Positions 60,058 to 60,722 of a DNA stretch of 60,722 nucleotides are shown here, one piece after another. The DNA is from an uncultured SAR116 cluster alpha proteobacterium (lineage in GTDB: Bacteria > Pseudomonadota > Alphaproteobacteria > Puniceispirillales > Marisalimonadaceae): assembly GCA_902630555.1 (NCBI GenBank), contig CACOVB010000001.1, positions 1-60,722 on the forward strand. The letters run 5' to 3'. The notes beneath the pieces were generated by a model. It was not told the origin of the DNA. It saw only the letters and a program-made list of their open reading frames with translations, and searched no databases. A program made the position numbers and the translations under genes. How positions within the stretch are numbered: position 1 is the stretch's first letter; the number at the start of each line of letters is the position of its first letter.

Positions 60058-60721
60058 TGATTAATTTCTGAGTAATTTTCATTTCAATTCTTCGATTTTT
60101 CATTCTTCCTATTTTTGAGTTTGTCTTGTCAATAGGTTGAAAACTTCCATAGCCAGAAGCGAATAGTTTTTTAGGATCTAAGCCTTGATTAATAAAATAT
60201 CTTAATACTGATAAAGCTCTTTTCGTAGACAATTCCCAATTATCTTTATATGTTTGTCCTTTTCTAACAGGCAAATTATCTGTATGTCCTTCAATTTGTA
60301 AAATCCAATTTGAATCTTTCGGTATATCTTTGTCTAAATTTAACAAAATCTCTGCAAATTTTTTTAATTCAATTTTACCTTTTTCTCCTATTTCAATTGA
60401 ACCGATTTCAAATAAAACTTCAGATTGAAAGACAAATCTATCCCCAACAATTTTAATTTCAGGAAAATTTTTTATTTTTTCTTTAACAGTTCCAAAAAAC
60501 ATTGACTTAAATTTTTGTAACTCTTCAACTCTTCTAGCTAAAGCAGAATTTAAGGTCGATTTTAATTGTAAATTTTTAATTTTTTCTGCTTTATCTTTTT
60601 TTTCATATACGTCTAACAGAGAATTAAGCTTATTAATTTTTTCTTTCAGGTTTGAGATTAGTATATTTAAATTACTAACTTCTTTTTTTTGATCATTTAT
60701 AATTTTATTGTAGTTACTTTC
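60041..60721 (-). CDS. OmpA/MotB-domain peptidoglycan-binding protein with N-terminal coiled coil; 5' end outside the window
   Basis: OmpA_C motif IEGHTDNLP...NWELSTKRALSVLRY...GYGSFQP...NRRIEM. The frame stays open upstream of ATG 60502 to the window edge and encodes a heptad-like Lys/Leu/Asn/Glu coiled coil, which I translated by hand. Confidence 0.8.
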   Translation of the reverse strand, partial: ESNYNKIINDQKKEVSNLNILISNLKEKINKLNSLLDVYEKKDKAEKIKNLQLKSTLNSALARRVEELQKFKSMFFGTVKEKIKNFPEIKIVGDRFVFQSEVLFEIGSIEIGEKGKIELKKFAEILLNLDKDIPKDSNWILQIEGHTDNLPVRKGQTYKDNWELSTKRALSVLRYFINQGLDPKKLFASGYGSFQPIDKTNSKIGRMKNRRIEMKITQKLIIDNDN

Positions 60722-60722
60722 A

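Noticed and set aside
1-60722. Search for CRISPR arrays, IS elements, prophage genes, TA pairs, known defence systems, rRNA, and riboswitch or sRNA loci
   Set aside because: I saw no repeat-spacer periodicity and no transposase, integrase or phage-like ORFs. The largest non-coding gaps are about 129 nt at 29740-29868 and about 145 nt at 55369-55513. Both are AT-rich divergent promoter regions without conserved-looking structure.

Overview
AT-rich, extremely gene-dense alphaproteobacterial chromosome segment. Spacers are mostly 0-100 nt and many neighbouring genes overlap by 1-17 nt. Composition, packing and gene order (petABC; ychF-pth-rplY-prs; lgt-DUF185-pgeF; yqeY-dnaG-rpoD; uvrC-pgsA-moaDE) point to a streamlined SAR11/Pelagibacterales-type genome. 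That assignment is my inference; no search was run. I call 66 CDS (two cut by the window edges) and one tRNA (anticodon CAT). Most are housekeeping genes covering translation, nucleotide excision repair, pyrimidine and proline synthesis, the bc1 complex, heme and lipid synthesis. I see no rRNA, CRISPR array, IS/transposase, integrase, prophage, toxin-antitoxin or recognisable defence genes, and no non-coding gap large or structured enough for a known sRNA or riboswitch. No clear-cut novel system is present. The best candidates for a second look are: (1) two intact, conserved genes 1.5 kb apart, an OmpR-type response regulator and moaE, whose conserved N-termini lie upstream of any ATG/GTG/TTG and so imply non-canonical initiation (ATT / ATA); (2) a five-gene operon with a cobalt-type nitrile hydratase flanked by two Zn-alcohol dehydrogenases, whose alpha subunit carries a His-rich tail; (3) a compact dehydratase / RraA-like aldolase / dehydratase module next to the tRNA, which may be a kinase-free sugar-acid route; (4) a translationally coupled TauE - TIGR02186-like - Usp module of unknown function; (5) a minimal 241-aa CCA-adding enzyme. 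All family assignments rest on motifs I recognise from memory in the supplied translations and were not checked against any database.
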